Shown piece by piece: positions 9,688 to 19,593 of a stretch of 64,000 nucleotides of DNA. This DNA is from an uncultured virus (IMG/VR IMGVR_UViG_3300030330_003102). Its lineage: Duplodnaviria > Heunggongvirae > Uroviricota > Caudoviricetes. Location: IMG/VR virus record IMGVR_UViG_3300030330_003102; one strand, given 5' to 3'. Every line of letters begins with the position of its first letter. The first letter of the stretch is position 1. The notes beneath the pieces were generated by a model. That model was not told the origin of the DNA and ran no database searches. It saw only the letters and a list, made by a program, of their open reading frames with translations. Position numbers and translations under genes: made by a program.

Positions 9688-10539
9688 ATGCAAGCGACAG
9701 CAGAACAAGTATCAGCCTCGTCCTACAATCCGATAGGCACGGATATTATTCGTATAAGTAAGTCCTCCTTAATGGGGTACAAGATGTGCCCCCGTCAATT
9801 CTACTGGGGTTATGTAGCAGACATACCGCGACCACCTCCTACTGAGGAGATGATACGCGGGACACATATTCACACGGTCATGGAAAGCGGGTTGCTTCAA
9901 GGGCCGGACATGATAATGCCTACTGCGATAGAGCAAGGGGTAGAGGAAGATGAAGGAGTAGATTCTTTGAACTTGTTATTGCATCAGGTAGCACACGACA
10001 TAGGTGGGTTTGATGTAGTAGAGGCGGAAGTAAAGCACGAAGTCTTTGAGGAGTTTGACGGACACCAAATAGTGTGGGTCGGTCTTATTGATGGTGTACT
10101 ACGACACCCGGAAACTGGAGGACTAATCCTAGTCGAATTAAAAACCGGAAATATGAACATGGGTAAGTTAGGGCGCACAAGAAAGGAGTTGGTGTATTAT
10201 GCTCGTTTATTGCGTATGTTAGGATATGATGAGGTCACTCACTTCTTGTATATCACACCCGACTATGAAGTGCCGGAGGATAACAACGACAAACTTTTAC
10301 TTGAAGGTAATAAGCGAGGGAAAACCATGTGGCTTGGGCCGGAGCGTGGGTTCGCTCTAATGGAGCCAATGTTGGAACGCTCTTATAATGCCTTTGAGGA
10401 ATCATTATATGACACTATTGAATCATTAACTTCCCACCAATGGACTATGAAATGGAATGACTATTTCTGTCCTATGTGGTGTGACTTTTCATTAAATTGT
10501 GAAGCAGAATTAAACGGAATAAGTGGGTGGGAAGTATGA
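9688..10539 (+). CDS. Cas4/AddB-like PD-(D/E)xK exonuclease (solo)
   Basis: SKSSL..MCPRQ, GLID, VELKTG, C-terminal CPMWC..C (four-Cys Fe-S layout). Confidence 0.85.
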   Translation: MQATAEQVSASSYNPIGTDIIRISKSSLMGYKMCPRQFYWGYVADIPRPPPTEEMIRGTHIHTVMESGLLQGPDMIMPTAIEQGVEEDEGVDSLNLLLHQVAHDIGGFDVVEAEVKHEVFEEFDGHQIVWVGLIDGVLRHPETGGLILVELKTGNMNMGKLGRTRKELVYYARLLRMLGYDEVTHFLYITPDYEVPEDNNDKLLLEGNKRGKTMWLGPERGFALMEPMLERSYNAFEESLYDTIESLTSHQWTMKWNDYFCPMWCDFSLNCEAELNGISGWEV

Positions 10540-10688
10540 ATAATACGGTAATAGTATGTGCGGCCTGTGGTCACGATGATTTGTGGGAAGGGTCAGAAAA
10601 GGTTTGGAGAGTTAACGGACAAGAGGGTTCAGCCCCCGAAGAAATCTTAGTGTATGGCTGTGAATGCGGACATCAACAGGCGGCGTGA
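10536..10688 (+). CDS. 50-aa zinc-ribbon protein (not in ORF track)
   Basis: MNNTVIVCAACGH...YGCECGHQQAA; ATGA overlap with the upstream gene. Confidence 0.7.
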   Translation: MNNTVIVCAACGHDDLWEGSEKVWRVNGQEGSAPEEILVYGCECGHQQAA

Positions 10689-10692
10689 TTAT

Positions 10693-11706
10693 ATGACCAT
10701 GCTGTTTCCGCGAGAGATAGGTCTGCGACGCACTCTTTGCGAAACCCGCGACGATTATGATAATTATATCTCAAAAGTAAATGGTAAGGCATCATGTTAT
10801 ACTTCTCTTTATTCTTTTGAAAGACGCGACGAAATACGAACATGGAAAATGGATGTGGAATCTGTGGTTATGGATAGAGCATGGTGGGATTTCGATATGA
10901 TAGACGGCGGCACACTTGAAGATGTTAAGCAAGATGTTACCAAACTGTTAGAAAGAATAAACACAAATGACCGTGTGGCTCTTGGTCGTGAAATAAGAAT
11001 AGTTTTCACAGGTAGGGGTTTTCATGTTCATCAATTCTTTGATACCCCTGTGAAGGGAACAGCCATAGCAAGGCACATAGACCGCTATCAACGCTTACAG
11101 GCGCGAGGACTAAGGACACTCGATGGTGTAGGCTTCCCTCAGAAACTCACACGCATTCCTGATACTTACAATCCAAAGAGAGGTAAATGGGCTGTGAATA
11201 TAGACCCTATGGATTTTTATCTTAACCCTAACTATGAAATACCCACAAAGCCATTACAGGAACTCAAGATTTACGACCCATATACGGGACATAGTGCCAT
11301 AGATGGTTTTAACATACGAGCATGGATAGCAAACAACCCAGTCGAAGAAACTACCCCCGTAGGGGAGTTTGAGGGGGAGATTGGCTGTGCTGGTCAGATA
11401 CCTATTCCTCCTTGTTTAGAGAAGGCCATGCGTGACGAGAACCCTAAACACACAGTAAGGATAGCACTAACACAACACTTAGCGGAAAACCTAAGATGGT
11501 TTGCGCACCCTTCAACACTCACACCCGAACAGAGGAAACAATGCGTCGAAACAATTGTTGCTTTTATGTCAAAGTTAGGTTGGAGAGACTATAACGAACA
11601 CACTACAAGGTTTCATGTTGAAAGCATCATAGACTATGAGCATTCACCTAACAAGTGCTGTGTGGACGCTGGCCCCTGTTGGGCACACGATGGAGTAAAG
11701 AGGTAA
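10693..11706 (+). CDS. Archaeo-eukaryotic primase: PriS domain fused to a PriL-like C-terminal domain
   Basis: WDFD, TGRGFHV and TRIP motifs; PPC..H..R and terminal Cys cluster. Confidence 0.85.
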   Translation: MTMLFPREIGLRRTLCETRDDYDNYISKVNGKASCYTSLYSFERRDEIRTWKMDVESVVMDRAWWDFDMIDGGTLEDVKQDVTKLLERINTNDRVALGREIRIVFTGRGFHVHQFFDTPVKGTAIARHIDRYQRLQARGLRTLDGVGFPQKLTRIPDTYNPKRGKWAVNIDPMDFYLNPNYEIPTKPLQELKIYDPYTGHSAIDGFNIRAWIANNPVEETTPVGEFEGEIGCAGQIPIPPCLEKAMRDENPKHTVRIALTQHLAENLRWFAHPSTLTPEQRKQCVETIVAFMSKLGWRDYNEHTTRFHVESIIDYEHSPNKCCVDAGPCWAHDGVKR

Positions 11707-11710
11707 TACT

Positions 11711-11878
11711 ATGGTTATGATGAAAGAACACCAAATTAAAGAAATGTACGAGCATGGTTTGTGTGTGACATGTAAAGCAGAGTGGTCGCTCTTTACAGAC
11801 ATGGAACGCTATTGTGATAGGTGTAAGACTCAAATAATTATCATAGAAGATGAGGTTTATTTCGATAGAGGATGGTAA
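11711..11878 (+). CDS. 55-aa zinc-finger protein (not in ORF track)
   Basis: CVTC...CDRC; GAGGT upstream. Confidence 0.6.
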   Translation: MVMMKEHQIKEMYEHGLCVTCKAEWSLFTDMERYCDRCKTQIIIIEDEVYFDRGW

Positions 11879-11910
11879 ACCTTTATCAAAGCCCCATGTA
11901 ATTTTATGTC

Positions 11911-12600
11911 ATGCTCTTAGTAGATGACCGCGAGAACCCGAAGGTCATCAACAAATTACTCATGCGTATGGGTAAAGATGAGGTAAAAGTATGTCGGATG
12001 AAAGCATCCGATTACACCATAGGTGAGTGGGGTATAGAGGCCAAAGAGATAAACGACCTGTATAGGTCTATCATGGGCTTCGGACGCACACGCACCATTG
12101 TTGACCAACTGAAAGACTTAGAGGAGTCCTGTGAACATCCCTTCTTGGTGGTGTATGGTACTGAATTAAAGCCCTATGTACCTAATGGAAAACCTACCGC
12201 TAAGGCGTTGGCAGTAGAGATGGCTAGGATGAAGAAGGTGATTAAACAATTCAAGACCACATTTTATCAAAGATTCCCTAAAATTAAATACATGGAAGTC
12301 ACTACTATGGACGAGTTTGTAGAATGGCTTGTCGTTAATCATACGCAGCAGGGGTTAGCATATTATCGCCATAAAACAGAAGAAAAAAATGCTATTAAAA
12401 AATCTGAACTAGACCCAAGAATCCAAATTCTATCTTCTGTGGATGGTGTCACCGTAGGTCAAGCAGAAGATTTATTAGCGGAGTTCGGTAGCATACCAAA
12501 TATACTAAGGAAAGGAACTACACAGAAGGCGCTGATGGGTGTTAATGGTATTTCAAGAAGGAAGGCCCGCGCAATACTTTCGCTTAGAGAAGATTATTAA
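11911..12600 (+). CDS. XPF/ERCC4-family nuclease with C-terminal HhH motifs
   Basis: VDDRE, DY, IEAK..DL, two HhH repeats (DGVT, NGIS). Confidence 0.88.
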   Translation: MLLVDDRENPKVINKLLMRMGKDEVKVCRMKASDYTIGEWGIEAKEINDLYRSIMGFGRTRTIVDQLKDLEESCEHPFLVVYGTELKPYVPNGKPTAKALAVEMARMKKVIKQFKTTFYQRFPKIKYMEVTTMDEFVEWLVVNHTQQGLAYYRHKTEEKNAIKKSELDPRIQILSSVDGVTVGQAEDLLAEFGSIPNILRKGTTQKALMGVNGISRRKARAILSLREDY

Positions 12601-15600
12601 TTAGGCGAAAACTGATTGGATGTAGAGGTTGTGTGAGCAGATGCTCTCTGCATCTTTACATCCAAGTTATGTATTGTTATACCTGTTGTATCAGCATTAT
12701 CTTCTCCTATACCGGCCTTTCTAGTTATTATTACCTTAACTTTTCTACCGGAGTTTCTAAGCCCTGTAATGGGTTTATTTGACAACAAAGTTATGGTTTT
12801 ATTTCTGATTCCTGTTCTTACTTTGACTTCGTTAGTAATAGTTTCTCCAGTTTCTTCTATGGTGACAGTAATATATAGTATTCCTCTTGTAAATGTTGTG
12901 CTTACAGTATTTCCTACCGAGGGACTATGCGTTATATTTGCTTGTACTGTAAGTCTATTACTCAAAATATCTGTAGGTATAGTAAATGTAGTCTCTATGT
13001 TTGTTTCTTGTGATGTTGCTACGGCATCTCCTACACCTAAAAGACCCTTACCACCAAACATATACCCGTCTGCTGTGACCGATGCTGAACCACCAGTCAC
13101 ATGTATATCTACACCCATACCTTCAATACCTCTCTTGGTTGAAGGTGTACTACCAGTTTTCCCTTGACCTAGAACCGAAAACTTTGAGTCTCCCGAAAGG
13201 TCGTTGTTTGGTAAATCCATCCTACCACTTAATCTACCATAGGCAGTACCCGAAAGGCTACCTAATCCTATACCACTAGATGCATCATAGATAGTGCCAG
13301 TAGAATCTCTAGTGTTGCCTCCGGGCTTTTGTTTGCTTGGGTCGGTCAAAGTATCAGAATCGTTTACTGGTGGTTTATCGTTTACTGGTGGCTCTTGATA
13401 ACTACCATCATCGCCACCGCCACCTACAGGAGAACTACTCTGCCTTCCGGGTGAATGTTTAGGGAAAAGATAAGATATTAGACCACCAGTAGCAATAGAC
13501 TCGTCCCTTTCTAATACTAGACTTACTTCTTCTGCTCTACCTGATGGAACCTTCCATAAAATGTCTTGTATAACCATAGGTTCCGAATTTAACTCCAAAC
13601 CAGCATCCGTCACACTAACATAAGTTGCTGGGGTGTATGATAAATCACGACAAATCTGAATGCGTGGTGCATACCACCACTTTCTAGCATCTCTAAACCC
13701 ACCTCCCATTTCGCTATACACTCTTAATCCCAATGGGAAAATACTATGTAAGTTTGTTGACCCGCTTCCATTATTTACGCTACTATCTAAAATATAGTCT
13801 GCTGACCCGTGTGCTGTTTGTGTAGGGTCGCCGCACCTGTGTCGTAGAAGGGCACGACAGTATTCTGCATTAAACGAAAATACTATTTTTGCGCCAGCAG
13901 TTGCTCCGTATGTACTTGGAATATCAATCTCATAAAACCCACTATGTTTTACATCTTTTGTGCTTACCATAGATGAAGTAGCACCACTTACTGTTTTGTT
14001 TTTATCATTAGTATAGTTATAATCTGCTATTGTCACTACAAACTCTGCTTCATCTATGCTTGTGCCTGTTTGGTTTTTCAAATCAACAGTCATTCTCATA
14101 GAGTGACCATTACTATTAGTAAGCGGTGTTTTGTTTGGTATATGCACTATTTGTACAGCGTTAGAAATAGAATTACTTCCATACCAATAATAGTTATGTT
14201 TCCACTCTACATCTCCAGCAGCATTAGTGTCTTTGGAGGAACCATATCTAGTTTCTAATGGGTCTATATCCACATTTATGTTGCCATCTAACGCATTAAC
14301 CATTCCGGGAAACAATACACCGCCAGTACCAAGAATAGACCAATTACATACATTTGCTACAGTATCATTTGTACCTGCTAAAGCAATATAAGGGTCTGCT
14401 ATATAGCCATATCTTCCACTCTCTATCATTTTATGTTCAACATCACTTTCAAGTATTGGAGTAATAGATAATTCAAGTGGATTAGTTTTTCTCAAATCAT
14501 ACTCTTGTTTAGCGACAAGCAAGGCTTCGTCACCCGAAGTTATTTCAGGATGATTTACTATATTCCATCTTGTAGTATCTCCTAGACTTACAGAAGGCCA
14601 ATCAACAAAGGATAAACCATTGTTGTAATATACACGAACATTTGTTATTTGTCCTGTTAAGTTGGTTCTTATGCTACCAATATGTATGTTATCTCTGTTG
14701 AATACTAGACCTGAATTATATTTTGGTCTAAACTCAAATCTGTTGTCTTTGCCTATTAGATATGAAAATGATGTGTGAAGGCTATTTGTAGTACCATAGC
14801 CAGCCTTTTCTTGTATAGAACTTATAAGAGCCCCTAATGTTTTCCCTCTACTATCCATAATAGACCCGTAGGAATCATTTGAAGAAGTATCATTGTAGGT
14901 AGTCATCATCTTAGTGACTGGAACATTGTTTATATCAAACATAGAATTAACTCTCGCTGATGGCAACCAAGTGTCCATGATTGCCGCATTCCATAACATA
15001 CGGAACTTGTCGCTATCCCAATATGTTCCTCCGTTTTCGCTTTTATAGAAACCATCAATATGCATCATCAAACGCAACATATACGCAGAATAAACAGTAG
15101 AGTGTACTTCGTATGCTATTGGTGTTGTTTCGCTACCACTTGTAGTACCAAGACTCATATTAATTCCTAAGTCTGACCAATCAACTGCCATCGCATCATA
15201 GATTTCCCACAAATTAGATTCAAGATTTAGCAAATCTTGTGAAATAGACTCTGTTATATGTGTTCCGTCTATAACATATATCTTTGCTAGTTGTTGGGGT
15301 ATTTTAACAGTATCTGTGGTTGCCCAAGAGCCATCGCTTACAACTTGTAATTCTTTTTGTCCAACTACACTATATATGTTATGGTAAGTAATAGTACCTG
15401 ATGTGTTAGTCCTTTCTATAACCATACCTGTTTTTATACCATCGGTTTCAAATGTATTATCATCGGTGACTATATTTACTACAGGGAAGCCCGTATATGG
15501 GGCTTGTGCGCCTACTGTAGTCTCCGAACTGACAGTATCAATTGTTCCATCTACTTCTGTTTCTAATTTACCATCCCATGCAAAATAATTAATATCGCCC

Positions 15601-18600
15601 GGATTTTCATTTCTGTTTTGTTGGTACACAGTAATTAGTTTACCCATACCTTTATCCTGAAACAAAGATGCGTCGTTTACTGGTAATCCTATTAAACCAT
15701 CTACGAAACCAATACTTGCTAAAGTTGCAGAAGAAATTAAATAGTTTTGGTTTTTATTTTCTTTTGTTATATCTCCTGTAGTTTGGTAAGATGCAAGAGC
15801 CTCAGTCCAATAATTATCTATAAGCGCAGGGAAACCAGTCCTTCCTTCAACAACATAATTTTGTAAATCCGTTCTTCCTCCGGCATCTTGGCCTGTTTTA
15901 CCACCGTTTATATGTGTGTTGAGATTGAAAAACTTCGCAGCATCAATTATCAAAAACGCGCCCCCCTTATTTTCCCAATCGTGGTACACATCTAATACAT
16001 CTTCTGTAGTTGGACAATAATATGCACCGCCCGTACCTTCGCCGTTTCCAACATAAGTAGTGGTTGTGTGTATATAGGTATCGTTGCTTACTGAATCTAC
16101 TAAGTGCGCACCATCATGGCTCGTACTATTAATGATATAGATATAATCACCGGCAGCAACAGTACCAGTTTCGCTTGTAGTTATTCTTAGTTTACTACCG
16201 CTATCTGTAAGAGCAATTGCTTGTTTTGAGTTATAGTCAACTGGTTTTGAGAATGGTATTCCGGTTATTGGTTCTGTTGTAGCATCAACATTCCAAACAT
16301 CTAAATCCTCTCCCACATTAAGGCTACCAAACTTGTCTATGTTTCCGTTAGCATCTACTTGGTCAGCAAAATATAAATCAAAATCATAATTTTCGTTTAC
16401 TGGATATTGTAAACCAAAGTCTGTTTTTCTCTCGCTACCATCAGCGTCAGCATTTCCGTTGTTTCTCATATCTGACCAAAGCAACCATATATGTTTGTAA
16501 TCATCTTCAAAATCTTGGAACTTGAGATAAATGCGTTTGTTGGTTCCATTCTCCGAATAATTATAAGAAGAATCTATTGCGTAAGTGCCATGAATATGTT
16601 GTACCCCTATAAGATACCACGCGCTACCAGTAGTGGCCTTTCCTTTGTAGATAAATTTTTCCTTAAACTCTGTTGCGTTTGTATATTGTGCTGGTGATAC
16701 ATTCGGTGTTGACCATATTTCTGCAACACCAGCATTAGGTGCGGCATCATAGGCTGTTTCGTCAACTTGTATTACGGTAGTAGTAGGTGAAAGGGTTTGG
16801 CTCACGCTAACCCTACTATAACTAGCGTTTGAAGTACCAGCAATATGACCTGTTTGTGGGGCTGGTGGGGGCTCGTCTTTGGGGTCCCTCTTTACTATAC
16901 CAAAGTGATACTTAAACCACAATGAATTGCTAAGGTCACGCATCCATCGTGCGTGAATAGGTCTATGTTTAATTGTCTCTTGGTTTGTACCAAAAACATT
17001 ACTAATTGTTCCAGTATCTTTCGACCAAGAAAACCTATTACTACTTACTAACAAAACATCAGAAGGAGCATAAGCGTTTGCTGCATATACACCGTGATTT
17101 TCAGCACCGTCGTAATCAGTATTTGTTTTGACTACCCACAAATACATTAAGTTGGTAGCAAGATAAGTTCCTGTACCATAAGTATTACCAAAATAATTAC
17201 GGATTTTTACTATACGATTTACTGTGTGTTTTACATTATAAGCCGCAGTAAGATTACCACTACCACCATCATTTTTTCTATTAATATAGAAAGTATCTCC
17301 TTCTTCTAAATTAGGGTCTGCATCAAAATAGACATAAAGTTTGTTAAGAACTGTTGTACCAGCGGGCCAATTATTTGTTGATGGGGCAACATCAAGGACA
17401 TTTGTTATCCAGTCACGATAGGGGTCGCCCTGTATTGAGCCTGTGGCGTTATAATAATCAATTCTTTCTGATTCAGGAACATTTGGGTATTTACCTATAT
17501 AGACAATTTTTGCTGTTTCGGGTGCATAAGCAAGAGTTGTATTAGCAAACTCAACATCAGCACCACTCACAGCACTTACTGTTAAACCACTACCGTTATG
17601 GTTTGTGCTTTGCATATTTACTCCACCCGAAGGAACAGATGTAGTAATACCGTGCGATGAATCTTTCATAATCGCTATCGTGTTTGTTGAGCCTACCTTT
17701 TGAACAAACCCGTCTATTGCATAACCTTCGTAATCATCTTCTATACTATTTGGTCCATAAGTGTCCTCATTATTATACATCTGTATGGGGTGTCCTGAAC
17801 CTAGTTGTGTTCTTTGGTCTGCTGTTTCCGCGTATGAACTGTCAGATTCAAAACCAACATTTCCATCAAGTAGTTTTAGTTTATCTGCACCAAGATACAT
17901 AGCATTTCTAAAGCCGTGAGCATCATAACTCCAATAGTCGGTAGAATCTTCTGAGGTGTTTTGCCCCTTTTGTCCTACATCCCATAATGGTATTTGTTTA
18001 TCAAAATAACTCATAGTATCTTGGGCCGATAAGGTAATAACTCTATTACGCCTTTTTTCTTTAATGTTAAAAGTAGATACTTCCCCTTTCCATACGGGCC
18101 TATCAATTCTGCTAGTTGAGTCGGCAAAAACTAATAGGTTCCAATCTAGGGGCGTAGAGGCGACAAATAGGTTTTTAAGATTAAGTACATAATCAGTAGC
18201 GGCAGCGCCTCTTACTCCCCCAGTTAAATCGGGGTCATCTGCAATACTAATTTGACATGTAGATATTCCATTTACTGTTTGTTGTATGTTTAATTCTGTA
18301 ATATGTACTTCTTCTGTAGTAGAAATATCATCAGTAAGATACCTCACAAGACCTACTCTATCAAGCATCAAATAAGATACAAACCCACTTGTACCACTAC
18401 TACCTGTATTAGTGACAGTAATCTGATAACCATATAAATTAGAAGCCGTAGTTGCAGACCCACCTGACATAGTATAACCACTACTATAAGACCCGGCTGT
18501 AGAGTTAGTAGAAGTAATTTCGGTTCCATTATAGTATGCCTTGAATTTATTATTGGTATAATCAAATACAAAGTCAATATCTAACCAAGCATTATCTATT

Positions 18601-19589
18601 GTCACTTGTGGTGTATCATAACTACCACCGCCCAAAAGTGCTTGGGTATCATAACTAATATCATCAAGGTCGAGAGTAAAATTAATTGCTGGTGTTCCTG
18701 TATATCCTTCATCGTTCAAAATACCAGCCTGTGCCACAGGAAACCCTACTTCAAAATGAATACCTACATCCGACCAAGTGCCACTTGAAATCATACTTTG
18801 TAATGCTATTCTTGCGGTAAATATATCTCCGTCAAGACGAGTATTCAAATGACCGTCATATATTATACTTGGTGTAGTATTAGAATCTGTATCTGTTTTT
18901 CTTGCTGCTTGTATGCATAAGAACGGTTGTTTTGAAGGTGAATGTATTTCTTGAAATATCTCGCCGGGAGTTGTGGTACTGCTATTTTGCTGTAGTTTTT
19001 CTCCCATAAACACCCCAGTCAAATGCGCTCTCTGTACGAAGTTTCCTGTTGTAGAGTGTAGCCCAGCATTGTCTGCGTTGTAATTAGTATCATCATAGGC
19101 TTTCATGTCGCTATGACCGAAAGTAGCATCATTGTCTCCTGTAGGTACAATGTAAGAAGCATTACTATTATGTCCATTGATAAATCGTTGGTAGAAATCA
19201 CTACCATAACCTGAATCATTGTCGAACTTATATCGGTTGGCTACATGACCATCGGGATATTGTAGTTGCGCTCTACCTTCCCAAGCATCGTTAGATAGCC
19301 TAGTATCATCAAATGTAAGCCACTCAAAAATACCGTCGTTTTGTAGATATTGGTTAGTGGTTGACGCAACCTTCTTCGCTGAGTCTTGGGTTCTTTCTTC
19401 TACCGAAAATCTAAAACGAGGATTGATAAATGCCTCCCCGTTCATCGGGTTTCCAAAATGACTTTTGGTAGCCGAATAAGTTGTATCGCTTGGTTGGTTG
19501 CGGTCATCCGGTATTGCTCTCGCTCCGTTAAAGTCATCATAGTAGCCAGCCAACCACACTTGGTACTTTTTGTTTACGCTTCTTACCAT
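12597..19589 (-). CDS. Large minor tail / baseplate-type protein (2330 aa)
   Basis: Immediately downstream of tape measure; rich in S/T/G/N/D; hub-like motifs. Confidence 0.7.
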   Translation of the reverse strand: MVRSVNKKYQVWLAGYYDDFNGARAIPDDRNQPSDTTYSATKSHFGNPMNGEAFINPRFRFSVEERTQDSAKKVASTTNQYLQNDGIFEWLTFDDTRLSNDAWEGRAQLQYPDGHVANRYKFDNDSGYGSDFYQRFINGHNSNASYIVPTGDNDATFGHSDMKAYDDTNYNADNAGLHSTTGNFVQRAHLTGVFMGEKLQQNSSTTTPGEIFQEIHSPSKQPFLCIQAARKTDTDSNTTPSIIYDGHLNTRLDGDIFTARIALQSMISSGTWSDVGIHFEVGFPVAQAGILNDEGYTGTPAINFTLDLDDISYDTQALLGGGSYDTPQVTIDNAWLDIDFVFDYTNNKFKAYYNGTEITSTNSTAGSYSSGYTMSGGSATTASNLYGYQITVTNTGSSGTSGFVSYLMLDRVGLVRYLTDDISTTEEVHITELNIQQTVNGISTCQISIADDPDLTGGVRGAAATDYVLNLKNLFVASTPLDWNLLVFADSTSRIDRPVWKGEVSTFNIKEKRRNRVITLSAQDTMSYFDKQIPLWDVGQKGQNTSEDSTDYWSYDAHGFRNAMYLGADKLKLLDGNVGFESDSSYAETADQRTQLGSGHPIQMYNNEDTYGPNSIEDDYEGYAIDGFVQKVGSTNTIAIMKDSSHGITTSVPSGGVNMQSTNHNGSGLTVSAVSGADVEFANTTLAYAPETAKIVYIGKYPNVPESERIDYYNATGSIQGDPYRDWITNVLDVAPSTNNWPAGTTVLNKLYVYFDADPNLEEGDTFYINRKNDGGSGNLTAAYNVKHTVNRIVKIRNYFGNTYGTGTYLATNLMYLWVVKTNTDYDGAENHGVYAANAYAPSDVLLVSSNRFSWSKDTGTISNVFGTNQETIKHRPIHARWMRDLSNSLWFKYHFGIVKRDPKDEPPPAPQTGHIAGTSNASYSRVSVSQTLSPTTTVIQVDETAYDAAPNAGVAEIWSTPNVSPAQYTNATEFKEKFIYKGKATTGSAWYLIGVQHIHGTYAIDSSYNYSENGTNKRIYLKFQDFEDDYKHIWLLWSDMRNNGNADADGSERKTDFGLQYPVNENYDFDLYFADQVDANGNIDKFGSLNVGEDLDVWNVDATTEPITGIPFSKPVDYNSKQAIALTDSGSKLRITTSETGTVAAGDYIYIINSTSHDGAHLVDSVSNDTYIHTTTTYVGNGEGTGGAYYCPTTEDVLDVYHDWENKGGAFLIIDAAKFFNLNTHINGGKTGQDAGGRTDLQNYVVEGRTGFPALIDNYWTEALASYQTTGDITKENKNQNYLISSATLASIGFVDGLIGLPVNDASLFQDKGMGKLITVYQQNRNENPGDINYFAWDGKLETEVDGTIDTVSSETTVGAQAPYTGFPVVNIVTDDNTFETDGIKTGMVIERTNTSGTITYHNIYSVVGQKELQVVSDGSWATTDTVKIPQQLAKIYVIDGTHITESISQDLLNLESNLWEIYDAMAVDWSDLGINMSLGTTSGSETTPIAYEVHSTVYSAYMLRLMMHIDGFYKSENGGTYWDSDKFRMLWNAAIMDTWLPSARVNSMFDINNVPVTKMMTTYNDTSSNDSYGSIMDSRGKTLGALISSIQEKAGYGTTNSLHTSFSYLIGKDNRFEFRPKYNSGLVFNRDNIHIGSIRTNLTGQITNVRVYYNNGLSFVDWPSVSLGDTTRWNIVNHPEITSGDEALLVAKQEYDLRKTNPLELSITPILESDVEHKMIESGRYGYIADPYIALAGTNDTVANVCNWSILGTGGVLFPGMVNALDGNINVDIDPLETRYGSSKDTNAAGDVEWKHNYYWYGSNSISNAVQIVHIPNKTPLTNSNGHSMRMTVDLKNQTGTSIDEAEFVVTIADYNYTNDKNKTVSGATSSMVSTKDVKHSGFYEIDIPSTYGATAGAKIVFSFNAEYCRALLRHRCGDPTQTAHGSADYILDSSVNNGSGSTNLHSIFPLGLRVYSEMGGGFRDARKWWYAPRIQICRDLSYTPATYVSVTDAGLELNSEPMVIQDILWKVPSGRAEEVSLVLERDESIATGGLISYLFPKHSPGRQSSSPVGGGGDDGSYQEPPVNDKPPVNDSDTLTDPSKQKPGGNTRDSTGTIYDASSGIGLGSLSGTAYGRLSGRMDLPNNDLSGDSKFSVLGQGKTGSTPSTKRGIEGMGVDIHVTGGSASVTADGYMFGGKGLLGVGDAVATSQETNIETTFTIPTDILSNRLTVQANITHSPSVGNTVSTTFTRGILYITVTIEETGETITNEVKVRTGIRNKTITLLSNKPITGLRNSGRKVKVIITRKAGIGEDNADTTGITIHNLDVKMQRASAHTTSTSNQFSPN

Positions 19590-19593
19590 TCAC

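Noticed and set aside
9688..10539. CRISPR-Cas adaptation module
   Set aside because: Solo Cas4-like nuclease in a replication operon; no cas1, cas2 or array
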